Shown: positions 39,835 through 51,635, counted from the first letter of the stretch. The stretch: DNA of 64,000 bases from Candidatus Omnitrophota bacterium (GCA_029261065.1 JAJDCB010000026.1:82715-146714); one strand, 5' to 3'. Notes: a model not told the origin generated them from the sequence alone. Made by a program: numbers and translations.

Positions 39835-40607
39835 ATAGGGAGGTGGTCACTTGCTGTACGATCATTAATCTTGCCGGAATTTATGATGGAGAGTCCCTTT
39901 GTTAAGATGTGATCGAGAGACGTTTTTTTGTTTAATAGAAACCAATGTTTAAACGTCCATCCTATTTTTTCAGTGGCCACAAGAAAATCCTCTTGAAGAA
40001 AAGGATCAACAACAGCTACCCGTTGGGCCTTTGTAAAGGTGTTAAAATCACCTGCGACAATACAATGGCGAATGTGTTTTGGAATAGACTCTACGAGTTT
40101 TATCATTTGGTTTTGTCGACTATTTGGTCCAAGAAAGACATCCATATGTACGGAGTAAACACGAATGAGTTTGTCGTTAATTTTTAACGTTGCCTCTACG
40201 GCAATACGCTGCAGAGCTTTGGTTCGTATTTGAGGAAGTATAAATTTTTTATCATCAATGACAGGCCACTTAGAAAAGATTGCATTTCCAAAATCATTTT
40301 TTATTTTAGGATGAACACTTGCTGGATAATATACGTAATTGTATCGCAGTGTGTTGGCTATTTCTTGCACCCCCTCTAACGTCATTTCTTGTAGGCAAAT
40401 TATGTCAGCGCGATGAAGTTTTTCATGTTTGCGGAGGATTCGTATGGCATGAGGAATTTTTTGAGAAAATTTTATATTATAAGAAACAACGCGGATGGTT
40501 TTTCTCGATAATAACGATAAGTCCGAGAGATCAAACCCAACATATCTTGGTTTGTGTGGGTCGGTATAATTGCTTTTTGCGCGCTTTAGGGAAATTTTTT
40601 TCATCAA
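39807..40607 (-). CDS. Endonuclease/exonuclease/phosphatase (EEP) family protein
   Basis: EEP motifs: VVSYNIKF, ICLQEM, GDFN and SDHLPI. Confidence 0.75.
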   Translation of the reverse strand: MMKKISLKRAKSNYTDPHKPRYVGFDLSDLSLLSRKTIRVVSYNIKFSQKIPHAIRILRKHEKLHRADIICLQEMTLEGVQEIANTLRYNYVYYPASVHPKIKNDFGNAIFSKWPVIDDKKFILPQIRTKALQRIAVEATLKINDKLIRVYSVHMDVFLGPNSRQNQMIKLVESIPKHIRHCIVAGDFNTFTKAQRVAVVDPFLQEDFLVATEKIGWTFKHWFLLNKKTSLDHILTKGLSIINSGKINDRTASDHLPIWVELQMPK

Positions 40608-41413
40608 TAGAGAGTAGATAAAATGGTTACGACACCAAAAATAAGCATAAAAATTCCAAAGTCAATTCTTTGCGCCATTTTTAATAGAAGATGAATGGTT
40701 GCTAAACCAAATATAAACGAAAAAATTAAACCGACAAGAGAAAGGAAGGAAAAATGTAATTCTGTTAGATTAAGGATAATATTTCCTCCCAAGACAATGG
40801 GAAGACTCATTAAGAAACTTAGTTTTAAGGCGTAGAATTTATCAAAACGACGAAGAAGAAGCGCGGATACGGTAAGGCCGGAACGAGAGAACCCAGGCAA
40901 AGCGGCAAAACCTTGAACAATACCGAGAATGATACCATCAAGAATGGTTAAATCTGAGAGATGTTTTTGGCTGCCGCCCTTTTTTTGTTTGCGTGAAGTT
41001 TGTATTTCCAAAAAGCCTGTTCCCAGAAGTAGAACACCAACAAGTAATGTGATCACTTTTCCTGTATGGTCCGAAAAATTTGTGATATGGTTGACAATTT
41101 TTAATAATGTTAATCCAAATACACCACTGATAAGCGTAGAAACAACAAGAAAAGAGATTAGTTTTTTATTTTCTAGAGATTGCGTTTTATATTTGAATAA
41201 GGCCTTTGAAAGTTTTAGAACATCTTTTCGAAAATAAATGAGGGCTGCAAAAAAAGTTCCTAGATGCAGAAATAAAGCCTTTTTTACCATCGTTTGCAAG
41301 TTTTCTTCAGATCCAAAAAGGTTAGCCTTTATTAAAATAATGGTTCCCTCAGAACTGATTGGCAACCATTCTGCTATTCCTTGTACGATTCCTAAAACAA
41401 TTTCTTCTAACAT
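40604..41413 (-). CDS. uppP: Undecaprenyl-diphosphate phosphatase
   Basis: The BacA/UppP N-terminus (GIVQGIAEWLPISSEG) and eight TM helices. Confidence 0.85.
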   Translation of the reverse strand: MLEEIVLGIVQGIAEWLPISSEGTIILIKANLFGSEENLQTMVKKALFLHLGTFFAALIYFRKDVLKLSKALFKYKTQSLENKKLISFLVVSTLISGVFGLTLLKIVNHITNFSDHTGKVITLLVGVLLLGTGFLEIQTSRKQKKGGSQKHLSDLTILDGIILGIVQGFAALPGFSRSGLTVSALLLRRFDKFYALKLSFLMSLPIVLGGNIILNLTELHFSFLSLVGLIFSFIFGLATIHLLLKMAQRIDFGIFMLIFGVVTILSTLY

Positions 41414-41678
41414 GCTTAATTACGCCTTAATACTTATATTTCTATTAATTTATAAATTTATAGTAACAGAGACCATGGCTCTTGTCTGCTAGAATTCTTA
41501 GATTGTTTACTGCTGGCAAGATTTTCGATCGCTGATCTCATCCTGAGCGCTGATTCGTACTCATCTGCAAGATTTCTGTTTTGGCTTGTTTCCCAAATGC
41601 GTTTACGTTAGAATGTGTCGGAACTTAAGAGAGAAAGTTTAGAAGTTTTCAAACAATGTTATCCATAAAGGATCCCTT

Positions 41679-42110
41679 ATGAAAAAAATATCATTGTTCT
41701 TATGTCTTTTATTAGTTGGTTGTGTCAGTGTTGATAATCCTAACGGATCGTTAATGACCAGCGAGCCAATTAAAAAACGCGATTTGACAAATATTAATTT
41801 AGTTTATGATGGAATGACTTATCAAGAGGTTTTAGGTGTGATGGGTCGAGAGCTAACGGTTGGTTATAAAAAGAATGATGCGAATGTTGAAATATTTGAT
41901 GCACAAACCATGACAAATCCTCATCGAGAAGAAGAATTAGTCGTCAACGGTTTGACTTACAAAATTTTGTTCTATTTTACTCATGTTAATAAGCCCGACG
42001 GTATGGTTGCAGAAGATGAATTGACGCCATTGGTTTTTGAGGACGAAAAACTTATTGGTAAAGGCTCTGATTTTTTGCATAAGCTAAGAAATCAGGGAGT
42101 CACAGAATAG
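41679..42110 (+). CDS. Hypothetical lipoprotein
   Basis: Signal peptide plus lipobox (LLVGC). 143 aa. Confidence 0.55.
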   Translation: MKKISLFLCLLLVGCVSVDNPNGSLMTSEPIKKRDLTNINLVYDGMTYQEVLGVMGRELTVGYKKNDANVEIFDAQTMTNPHREEELVVNGLTYKILFYFTHVNKPDGMVAEDELTPLVFEDEKLIGKGSDFLHKLRNQGVTE

Positions 42111-42148
42111 AGGTTATCTAAAACAACTTTTAGGTCGTTGAGATTGTT

Positions 42149-43099
42149 ATGGTTAAAAAGACGTGTTGCCTTAAACCTCTTGTTTCTTTTGAAGATATTA
42201 AATTTCCTATTTGTTGGAAGGATCAGTTTTCTCGAGAAGCTCCTCTTGTTGTAGAGATTGGTTTTGGAATGGGAGAAGTTCTTCTGCGCAACGCTCAATC
42301 TTTTCCAGAAAACAATTATATTGGTATTGAACAACACTGGGAAAGAATTTATAAAACACTACAGAGTGTAACGCGTGTAAACGATTCGCTTAAAGCTCGC
42401 GTTTTAGTCGAGAACATTAAGATTTTAAAGATCGATGCGCGATTTGCTTTAGAAGCTTTTTTTAATGAAAGATCTATTTCATCGATTTACTGTTTGTTCC
42501 CATGTCCATGGCCGAAAAAAGGGCACATTAAACATCGGTTGTTTTCTAGTGCGTTTTTAAAATTGTTAAATAGTCGGCTAGTAGATAAGGGGGATGTTCG
42601 CATTGTTACAGATTTTTACCCTTATTTAGAGTGGGTTGGTGAACAGATTGAGGATACAGGTTTTAAGCTGGATCATCGTCCCATAAAGCCACAATTCCAA
42701 ACTAAGTTTGAAAAAAAATGGGTTGCTGAAGGACAGGAAGAGTTTTTTGAGTATCATTTACAAAAAGTTAAACATCAATCACAACCTGTTCCTCAAGTAG
42801 AAGAGATGAAGATTTATAAAATAAATTCGTTTGATTTTAAAAAATTTGACTTTGTCGACGTAAAATCAGAAGTATCTGTGATTTTAAAAGAAAAAGTGTA
42901 TGACGAATTACAGAAAAAAGCAATGTTGAGGTTGATCGTTTCTGAGAAAAATTTGACACAGCCCCTTTGGGTTAACATTATTAAAAAAGATGACTGCTGG
43001 AGTATTAAAAAGGGAGAGGGACAGATATTTTTTCCAACTCCTGGAATTGCTAAAGCCATCGAACTAATTTATTTAGCAGCAAAAAATACAACCGTATAG
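42149..43099 (+). CDS. trmB: tRNA (guanine46-N7)-methyltransferase with a ~90-aa C-terminal extension
   Basis: SAM-binding motif EIGFGMGE and a TrmB core. 316 aa, against roughly 230 for typical TrmB. Confidence 0.75.
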   Translation: MVKKTCCLKPLVSFEDIKFPICWKDQFSREAPLVVEIGFGMGEVLLRNAQSFPENNYIGIEQHWERIYKTLQSVTRVNDSLKARVLVENIKILKIDARFALEAFFNERSISSIYCLFPCPWPKKGHIKHRLFSSAFLKLLNSRLVDKGDVRIVTDFYPYLEWVGEQIEDTGFKLDHRPIKPQFQTKFEKKWVAEGQEEFFEYHLQKVKHQSQPVPQVEEMKIYKINSFDFKKFDFVDVKSEVSVILKEKVYDELQKKAMLRLIVSEKNLTQPLWVNIIKKDDCWSIKKGEGQIFFPTPGIAKAIELIYLAAKNTTV

Positions 43100-43106
43100 A
43101 TGTTAT

Positions 43107-43931
43107 ATGATTACTAAAAAACTTTATAGACGAATAGCTTTAATTCTTAGTTTTACCGTACTGATGAATTTTCTTCTTCCCTTTAACGGTATGGCAGATA
43201 GTCGGGTTGGTTGTAAAACAGTAATTTTTTCAGACAGTACCAAAGTTAAAAGATTGTTTGGCAAAGGTGTGCATAATAGGGTGTTGCCGGCCAGTACTAC
43301 AAAAGTCATGACAGCTCTTTTAGTTTTAGAGCATCTCCCTTTAGATAAATATATTACCGTGACTTCAAGAGCTACAAAAGTCCAGCCTACGAAGTTGTAT
43401 CTAAAGCCGGGGGAGAAGTACAGAGTAAGAGATTTATTGTTTGCTATTCTTTTAAAATCGGCCAACGATGCCAGTATTGTTTTAGCTGAGGCCGTTTCGG
43501 GTTCTGAACAAAAATTTGTGGCTTTAATGAATAAAAAAGCTAAGCAAATTGGTGCGAAACATACTAAGTTTGCCAACTCAAATGGTCTTCCTTCTCGAGC
43601 TAAACAATACACAACTGCCTATGATATGTATTTGATTTTTAGAAAAGCGCTTAAGCATAAATTTTTTCGAGATACGATAAAGCTTAGATATAAAAAGATT
43701 TATAGTCGTAGCGGGCGTGAAATTGCTCTTAAGTCTCATAATAAAATTTTGTTTAAAGACTGGAGGCGAAAAATATACGGTAAAACCGGCTATACGCGCG
43801 CTGCTCAGGCGTGTTTTGTTGGAACAATGCAGAAAGGGGATAGCACTCTTATAATTGCTGTATTTGGTTGTAGTAAGAGATGGGAAACGATAAAACATGT
43901 TGTTTCCAAATATGGCGGTATTCGTCTTTAG
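43107..43931 (+). CDS. Low-molecular-weight serine-type D-Ala-D-Ala carboxypeptidase (S11 / PBP5-like)
   Basis: Signal peptide. The three penicillin-binding motifs are present: SxxK (ASTTK), SxN (SAND) and KTG (KTGYT). Confidence 0.75.
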   Translation: MITKKLYRRIALILSFTVLMNFLLPFNGMADSRVGCKTVIFSDSTKVKRLFGKGVHNRVLPASTTKVMTALLVLEHLPLDKYITVTSRATKVQPTKLYLKPGEKYRVRDLLFAILLKSANDASIVLAEAVSGSEQKFVALMNKKAKQIGAKHTKFANSNGLPSRAKQYTTAYDMYLIFRKALKHKFFRDTIKLRYKKIYSRSGREIALKSHNKILFKDWRRKIYGKTGYTRAAQACFVGTMQKGDSTLIIAVFGCSKRWETIKHVVSKYGGIRL

Positions 43932-44136
43932 TTGATGACGCCATAAGTTGTTGTTTGTTAATGGTTTATGTAAAAAATAGACCTTAAGTTTTTTAAGCGC
44001 CTTCCTTGGAAACTCGTTGCAATTTAAATCCATTCATAGTACAATACACCTTTTGATTTAGGGAAAATGCTTAAGTAGTTGTAATTATCTTATTAATATT
44101 ATTATACTTGCAACATTTATAAGAAAGGACACGATT

Positions 44137-45009
44137 ATGGGACAAAAAACATTTACCTTTGTTTTGGTTGTTGTTGTTGGCGTTTTGTTGGGAGTGGCTG
44201 CCGTTAAACAGCAAACAGATTCTCCTCTTTTAAGAGAGATTGTGAGTTCTCAAACTACGATTATTAATAATCAAAGTAAGTTTGAATCAAAGCTAAACGC
44301 ACCCTCAACAAATCTTGCCCAGGGTGGTCCTTTAATGAATCAAATTACTCTTCGGCTTCAAGCTTTAGAAGGTCGTGTGACAAGTTTGGAAGGTCAGTTA
44401 CAGTTGGCCAAAACGGCTTTACAACAAGCACGACAACAAGCTCCAGCCCCTGTCAGGCAAGCTCCTCCGCCGGAAGATTTAAGTAAAGTTTATACTATTG
44501 ATGTCGCGCACTCTCCTGTTATTGGAAATAAAGATGCTCCTGTAACGATTGTCGAGTTTGTTGATTTTCAATGCCCCTTTTGTGCACGTTTTCATCCACC
44601 TGTTGCTGAAGTTTTAAAAGCTTATCCTGATAAAGTTAAATATATGGTTAAAAATTTTCCATTATCATTTCATCCAAAAGCTAAACCAGCGTCTAAAGCA
44701 GCCTTTGCTGCTGCAGAACAAGGTAAATATCAAGAAATGGTTGATGAGTTGTTGGAAAATGGAAATCAACTTTCCGATGAGAAATTTCAGGAAATTGCTA
44801 AAAACATCGGTTTAAATGTTAAAAAGTTTATGAAAGATTATACAGAGAAGGATGCGGAATATGAGAAGCGTATTCTAGCTGATATTGCTCTGGGAGGCAA
44901 AGTGGGTGTGCGTGGAACACCTTCGTTTTATATAAATGGAAGAAAGACAAGCGCACGAGATTTTCCTAGTTGGAAAAAAGAAGTTGATGCGATTTTAAAT
45001 CAAAAATAA
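44137..45009 (+). CDS. DsbA-family thiol:disulfide oxidoreductase with an N-terminal TM anchor and a coiled-coil/Q-rich linker
   Basis: CPFC active site (FQCPFCARFHP) within a thioredoxin fold. N-terminal hydrophobic helix. Confidence 0.75.
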   Translation: MGQKTFTFVLVVVVGVLLGVAAVKQQTDSPLLREIVSSQTTIINNQSKFESKLNAPSTNLAQGGPLMNQITLRLQALEGRVTSLEGQLQLAKTALQQARQQAPAPVRQAPPPEDLSKVYTIDVAHSPVIGNKDAPVTIVEFVDFQCPFCARFHPPVAEVLKAYPDKVKYMVKNFPLSFHPKAKPASKAAFAAAEQGKYQEMVDELLENGNQLSDEKFQEIAKNIGLNVKKFMKDYTEKDAEYEKRILADIALGGKVGVRGTPSFYINGRKTSARDFPSWKKEVDAILNQK

Positions 45010-45083
45010 AGACGTTAATAAACATTAGTGTAGGGGACGCGAAAAGGTATGCGTCCCCTACCTTATTATTGAGGGAGGTTGTT

Positions 45084-45338
45084 ATGGTACGTGTAGGTGG
45101 TTTAACAAAAAAGTTTTACACGGAAACCAGAGGTATTAAGGTTTCTGGAGGACAAAAGGTTACATCGGGTCACATATTGACACGTGAAGGTCACAAATGG
45201 CAAGCGGGTGAAAATGTAAATGGAAAGACTCATTTAACGGCTGCTTGTGATGGCGAGGTATTTTTTACGAAAAAGAAAAATCGATATCGTAAGGTTGTGA
45301 CGTTTATCAATATAAAGCTGATTGAAGAAAAGAAATAA
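45084..45338 (+). CDS. rpmA: Divergent ribosomal protein L27-like protein, located away from rplU
   Basis: GIKVSGGQKVTSGHILTREGHKWQAGENVNGKTHLTAACDGEVFF aligns with the L27 core (GVKRFGGE.V.AG.IIVRQRGTKFHAG.NVG.G.DHTLFA..DG.V.F). GAGGGAGG RBS 5 nt upstream. Confidence 0.6.
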   Translation: MVRVGGLTKKFYTETRGIKVSGGQKVTSGHILTREGHKWQAGENVNGKTHLTAACDGEVFFTKKKNRYRKVVTFINIKLIEEKK

Positions 45339-45352
45339 GATTATAGGCCTGT

Positions 45353-45468
45353 AATTTCCGTCCCTTATGCCATTCCCGCGAAAGCGGGAATCTTATGGGG
45401 TAAACTCCAGCGGGAATCGATGCAGCGCATATTATTATTACGTGGTTCCCGTTTTCGCGGGAATGACA
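45353..45468. repeat. Family-A palindromic repeat units
   Basis: gccattcccgcgaaagcgggaatc (45367-45390) and ggttcccgttttcgcgggaatgaca (45442-45466). Confidence 0.6.
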
Positions 45469-45487
45469 ATTTTAAAAGGTTGCATTC

Positions 45488-47320
45488 ATGTGCGGAATCA
45501 TTGGATATGTCGGAGAAAATCAAGCTGTTCCTGTGTTACTCGGTGGATTAAAAAAGTTGGAATATCGTGGATACGATTCCAGTGGCATAGGAGTTCTTCA
45601 TCCAGAGAAAGCACAGATTGTTCTACGTAAATCAGATGGAAAAATCAAAAATCTTGAAAAGCTTATTGCCAAACAACCCTTCCCCAAAAGCACAATAGGC
45701 ATTTCCCACACCCGATGGGCTACCCATGGAGCCCCCAATAAAGTTAATGCTCATCCCCACGCTGATGGATCTGGTCATATCTTAATTGTTCATAATGGAA
45801 TTATTGAAAATTATGAATTGTTAAAAAAGGATCTGAAAAAAAGGGGACACACCTTTAAATCAGATACAGATTCAGAAGTTATCGCACATCTTATTGAAAG
45901 TTATTATAAGGGGGACTTGTTTGCTGCTGTAAAGAAAGCAATCAAAAAACTAAATGGTGCTTACGCTTTAGGTGTTATTTCTTCTTATCATCCCGATTTG
46001 CTTATTGCAGCCCGCATTGGTTCGCCTCTCATTATTGGTTGTGGAAAAAATGAAAATTTTATAGCCTCTGATGCCCCTGCCATCTTAGATTGTACACGAC
46101 GAGTGATTTATTTAAAAGATGGTCATATGGCTACTTTAAGTAAAAGTCAAATTAAGGTTTTTGATTTTAATGGAAAAGTTGTAAAGCCAAAAATTGATCG
46201 GATTACTTATAGTTTGGATGCCGTGGCCAAACAAGGGTTTGATCATTTTATGATGAAGGAAATGCATGAGCAGCCCGACGTTCTTAAAAAGATGCTTGCA
46301 AGTTGTATTAAGGGAAAACAAGTTGTTTTAGATGGGTGGAATTTAAGCGAGCAGCAAATTAAAAACATTTCTAATATTACCATCGTTGCTTGTGGAACGG
46401 CTTATCATGCGGGAATGGTTGGGCGCTATATTATCGAGGCCCTTGCTGGTATTTCTGTAAATGTAGATGTTTCCAGTGAATTTCGTTATCGTAATCCTAT
46501 TCTGTCAAAAAAATCTATTGTTATAGCGATTAGTCAGTCAGGGGAAACAGCTGATACGTTAGCTGCTGTGCGTGAAGCAAAACAGAAAGGGGCTAAGATT
46601 GTTTCTATCTGTAATGTGTTAGGGTCTTCGTTAGCACGCGAATCTGACGCTGTTTTATATACACATGCGGGACCAGAGATTGGGGTCGCCTCAACAAAGG
46701 CGTATACAGCTCAGTTAGGGATGTTGTATCTGTTGGCTATCAAATTGGCGATGGTTAAAAAATATATTTCTACTAGCGAAATCAACACATTAATTACGCA
46801 ACTTAAGAAAGTGCCATCCTTATATACAAAAATACTTAAAACAAAAACTTCGATTGCTAAAATCGCTAGAACGAATTCCCATTTTGGTTGTTTTCTCTTT
46901 TTAGGAAGAAACATCAATTATCCAACAGCCATGGAAGGAGCTTTAAAGTTAAAAGAAATTTCTTATATTCCCGCTGAAGGTTATGCTGCTGGTGAAATGA
47001 AACATGGTCCTATTGCTTTAATTGATGAGTATCGGGCGGTTGTGTGTATAGCCACAGAGTCTGACACGTATGAAAAAATGATTTCAAATATTCAGGAGAT
47101 TCGTTCTCGAAAAGGAAAAGTTATAGCGATTGCCACAGAAGGGGATAAAAATATTTCTAAACACGCAACACATGTAGTATACGTTCCTAAAACCCACAAA
47201 CTCTTAACACCGTTACTTGCGGCTCTTCCTTTACAATTGATTGCCTATTACATTTCGGTCAAACGAGGGTGTGATGTGGATCAGCCGAGGAATTTGGCGA
47301 AATCTGTGACAGTTGAGTAG
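45488..47320 (+). CDS. glmS: Glutamine--fructose-6-phosphate aminotransferase
   Basis: MCGIIGY Ntn start and two SIS domains. 610 aa. Confidence 0.93.
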   Translation: MCGIIGYVGENQAVPVLLGGLKKLEYRGYDSSGIGVLHPEKAQIVLRKSDGKIKNLEKLIAKQPFPKSTIGISHTRWATHGAPNKVNAHPHADGSGHILIVHNGIIENYELLKKDLKKRGHTFKSDTDSEVIAHLIESYYKGDLFAAVKKAIKKLNGAYALGVISSYHPDLLIAARIGSPLIIGCGKNENFIASDAPAILDCTRRVIYLKDGHMATLSKSQIKVFDFNGKVVKPKIDRITYSLDAVAKQGFDHFMMKEMHEQPDVLKKMLASCIKGKQVVLDGWNLSEQQIKNISNITIVACGTAYHAGMVGRYIIEALAGISVNVDVSSEFRYRNPILSKKSIVIAISQSGETADTLAAVREAKQKGAKIVSICNVLGSSLARESDAVLYTHAGPEIGVASTKAYTAQLGMLYLLAIKLAMVKKYISTSEINTLITQLKKVPSLYTKILKTKTSIAKIARTNSHFGCFLFLGRNINYPTAMEGALKLKEISYIPAEGYAAGEMKHGPIALIDEYRAVVCIATESDTYEKMISNIQEIRSRKGKVIAIATEGDKNISKHATHVVYVPKTHKLLTPLLAALPLQLIAYYISVKRGCDVDQPRNLAKSVTVE

Positions 47321-47336
47321 CTTTAATAATTATTTT

Positions 47337-47533
47337 AGGAAGAAATAACCAAGGTACAAGTTACAAGAAATCCGGCCTTTGGCCGGACCACGGCATCTCT
47401 GGATGCCGGGCAAAAAATAATCAATACATCAATGTTTTAATAACCAGTAATAACCAATAACGTTTGGATATTCAAATATTGTTTTTTGATTATTTTTTGT
47501 ATCTTGTTATCTTGTACCTTGGTTATTTCTTCC
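47337..47533. repeat. Family-B hairpin element
   Basis: agaaataaccaaggtacaagttacaag is paired with cttgttatcttgtaccttggttatttct. It has an internal caaaaaataatcaatacatcaatgtt core and two internal GC hairpins (ccggcctttggccgg; ggcatctctggatgcc). Confidence 0.6.
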
Positions 47534-47547
47534 CATTTACTACTAAT

Positions 47548-48219
47548 ATGCTCTACATCGTATCCACCCCCATAGGAAATCTCAAAGACATCACCTTCCG
47601 TGCTGTTGAGACGCTAAAGCAAGTTGATCTCATCGCCGCTGAAGACACACGACACACCCGTATTCTTACCAAACACTACGATATTCAAACACCACTGACA
47701 AGTTATTTTGAGCACAACAAAGTTAAGAAGGGGGATGAGTTGCTTAAAATATTACAAGAGGGAAAAGATATTGCTTTAGTGACAGATGCAGGAACCCCTG
47801 GGATTAGTGATCCTGGGTATCGATTAATTCAGTTAGCCAAAGAACACAATATTGGTATGACGGTTATTCCTGGGGCAAGTGCGTGCATTGCGGCCTTGTC
47901 GTTATCAGCTTTACCCACCGATCGTTTTGTGTTTGAAGGTTTTCTCCCTGTGAAATCTCCGTCACGGTGTACACGATTAGAAACATTTAAAGATGAGAGG
48001 CGAACTATCATTTTTTATGAGTCGCCCCACCGATTGATTAAGTGTTTGAAAGATATTCAAAAAGTTTTAGATGATCCATTTGTTGTTTGCGCGCGTGAGA
48101 TAACAAAGAAGTTTGAGGAAGTGTGTGAGGGGTCGGCAAGTGAGTTGGTTGAACATTTTGAACAGCGAGGGGTGAAGGGGGAGTTTGTGGTTTTGGTGAG
48201 GGGATGTAAAAAGTCATAA
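47548..48219 (+). CDS. rsmI: 16S rRNA (cytidine1402-2'-O)-methyltransferase
   Basis: MLYIVSTPIGNLKDITFRAVETLKQVDLIAAEDTRHT. The ORF-track start at 47464 reads through repeat B. Confidence 0.85.
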   Translation: MLYIVSTPIGNLKDITFRAVETLKQVDLIAAEDTRHTRILTKHYDIQTPLTSYFEHNKVKKGDELLKILQEGKDIALVTDAGTPGISDPGYRLIQLAKEHNIGMTVIPGASACIAALSLSALPTDRFVFEGFLPVKSPSRCTRLETFKDERRTIIFYESPHRLIKCLKDIQKVLDDPFVVCAREITKKFEEVCEGSASELVEHFEQRGVKGEFVVLVRGCKKS

Positions 48220-48297
48220 TGTCATTTCCAATTGCTTTGTGGTTCATACCTTTGATTATGTTGTTATAAAAGGCATATTCTAAGTAAATATAGTTAT

Positions 48298-48321
48298 GAA
48301 ACAGAGAGCTCTTGCGGTCGG
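48298..48321 (+). promoter_or_regulatory. Candidate PyrR-binding RNA element in the pyrR-pyrB-pyrC leader
   Basis: aaCAGAGAGCUcuUGCgg partly matches the PyrR-binding loop consensus (CAGAGAGGCU..GCAAGG). It lies about 300 nt upstream of pyrR. Confidence 0.3.
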
Positions 48322-48435
48322 TCTTGACAGATGAGGAGTAGAGTGGTATAGTTTCAACAATCAACCTTTAATTCGGCCCTGCGAGGTCGGTAAGGATTTT
48401 AAATGAAACAAAACATATTGCAAATAGTACAGTTT

Positions 48436-48474
48436 AGCTCGTCTTCCTTAAGATGGAAGGGCGGGCTTTTTTTT
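48436..48474 (+). terminator. Intrinsic terminator or attenuator in the rsmI-pyrR intergenic region
   Basis: An imperfect 12-bp stem, agctcgtcttcc / ggaagggcgggc(t), followed by T8. Confidence 0.5.
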
Positions 48475-48496
48475 ATAAATACGCATAATAAGGGAG

Positions 48497-50109
<1,613 letters not shown>

Positions 50110-50123
50110 AATAGGAATTTAGA

Positions 50124-51404
50124 ATGTCATTACTTATCAAAAACGCAAGTATAGTTAACGCTGATAAACATGAAAAGAATACACAGGATATTCTATGTGA
50201 GAAAGGTGTTATTGTAAAAATTGCGCCTTCTATAAAGGCTGATAATGCTAAAACAGTTGATGCCAAAGACATGCTTGTCATGCCAGGTTTAATTGATATG
50301 CATATTCATATGCGCGAACCAGGTCAAGAGCATAAAGAGACCGTTGAGACAGGTTCCATGTCAGCGGCCAAGGGTGGATTCACGACGGTGATGTGTATGC
50401 CTAATACGAGTCCGGTGATTGATAATGCGATGATTGTTGAAGGTATCATAAAAGAAGCGAAACGTGTTGGGCTGACAAACGTTATTCCTATTGGTGCTAT
50501 TACAAAGGGACAAAAAGATCAAGAGCTTGTGGATATGATGGAGCTGAAGGAAGCTGGTTGTTTGGCTTTGAGTGATGATGGGAAATCTGTTGTTAATAGT
50601 CAACTTATGCGCATGGCTCTTGAGTATGCCAAGATGGCAGATTTATTATTGATTGAACACTGTGAGGATCCTTTATTAAGTGGCGATGGTATCATGAACG
50701 AAGGGAAAACATCGACGCTGTTGGGATTAAAAGCTCAGCCTAGTCTTTCAGAATCTGTCATTATTGCAAGAGATATAGAGTTAATTCATTATCTCAATAC
50801 AAAAGTACATATTGCTCATGTCACAATTAAGCGCGCGGTTGATATTATTCGTTTTGCCAAAAGTCAAGGCATACAAATAACAGCGGAAGCCTGTCCTCAT
50901 CACTTTACATTAACGGATGAAGCCTTAAATGAATTTGATACGAATGCCAAAGTAAATCCTCCTTTAAGAACACCAGAAGATGTAGAAGCCATTAAAGAAG
51001 GATTGAAAGATGGAACTCTGGATTGTATTGTGACAGACCATGCACCGCACACACGAGAAGACAAAGAGCTTGATCTAGATCATGCAGCCTATGGTATGAT
51101 TGGGCTTGAAACCTCAGTTGGCTTAACCATTACGGAACTTGTTGATAAAAAAGTTTTAACATGGACACAGATGGCAGAGAGAATGTCCCATGCCCCTGCA
51201 CGAATTATTGGCCTCTCACAGAAGGGGTCTATTAAGGAAGGCATGGATGCGGACATCACGATTATTGATCCTAAGAAAGAATGGACGATAACGAAAGAAG
51301 ATATCGTATCAAAATCAAAAAATACTCCTTTCTATGGACGTAAACTAAAGGGAAGGGTTGCCACAACGATTCTTACAGGTAAGGTTGTGTATAAAGAGAC
51401 TTAA
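50124..51404 (+). CDS. pyrC: Dihydroorotase
   Basis: Metal-binding DMHIHMREPG, and DHAPH. Confidence 0.9.
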   Translation: MSLLIKNASIVNADKHEKNTQDILCEKGVIVKIAPSIKADNAKTVDAKDMLVMPGLIDMHIHMREPGQEHKETVETGSMSAAKGGFTTVMCMPNTSPVIDNAMIVEGIIKEAKRVGLTNVIPIGAITKGQKDQELVDMMELKEAGCLALSDDGKSVVNSQLMRMALEYAKMADLLLIEHCEDPLLSGDGIMNEGKTSTLLGLKAQPSLSESVIIARDIELIHYLNTKVHIAHVTIKRAVDIIRFAKSQGIQITAEACPHHFTLTDEALNEFDTNAKVNPPLRTPEDVEAIKEGLKDGTLDCIVTDHAPHTREDKELDLDHAAYGMIGLETSVGLTITELVDKKVLTWTQMAERMSHAPARIIGLSQKGSIKEGMDADITIIDPKKEWTITKEDIVSKSKNTPFYGRKLKGRVATTILTGKVVYKET

Positions 51405-51554
51405 TTTTCTTTGAGCCACAAGATGTTGTACTGCACTATGTTTTACCTATAAGTCAATTTTTGCATCCCTATATATGGTAGTAATCCACAGGTAATGCAC
51501 AATATGTGGAAAAGTGATGTGCCGGGTAAAAGCTAATCCCTAATAAGAAATCGT

Positions 51555-51635
51555 AATCGTGTCATCCCCGCGAAAGCGGGGACCTCTTAATCATTATAAT
51601 TATAAATGGTTTCCCGCTTTCGCGGATACGATACA
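51555..51635. repeat. Family-A palindromic repeat units
   Basis: gtcatccccgcgaaagcggggac and ggtttcccgctttcgcggatacgat. Confidence 0.6.

Noticed and set aside
43124-44033. Minus-strand ORFs (43124-43612, 43578-44033) antisense to the DD-carboxypeptidase gene and intergenic region.
   Set aside because: They overlap a CDS that carries all three penicillin-binding motifs, and they have no homology features.
45340-45487. Looked for a glmS ribozyme upstream of glmS.
   Set aside because: The region consists of family-A repeats and lacks the conserved glmS ribozyme core. The ribozyme is essentially Firmicute-restricted.
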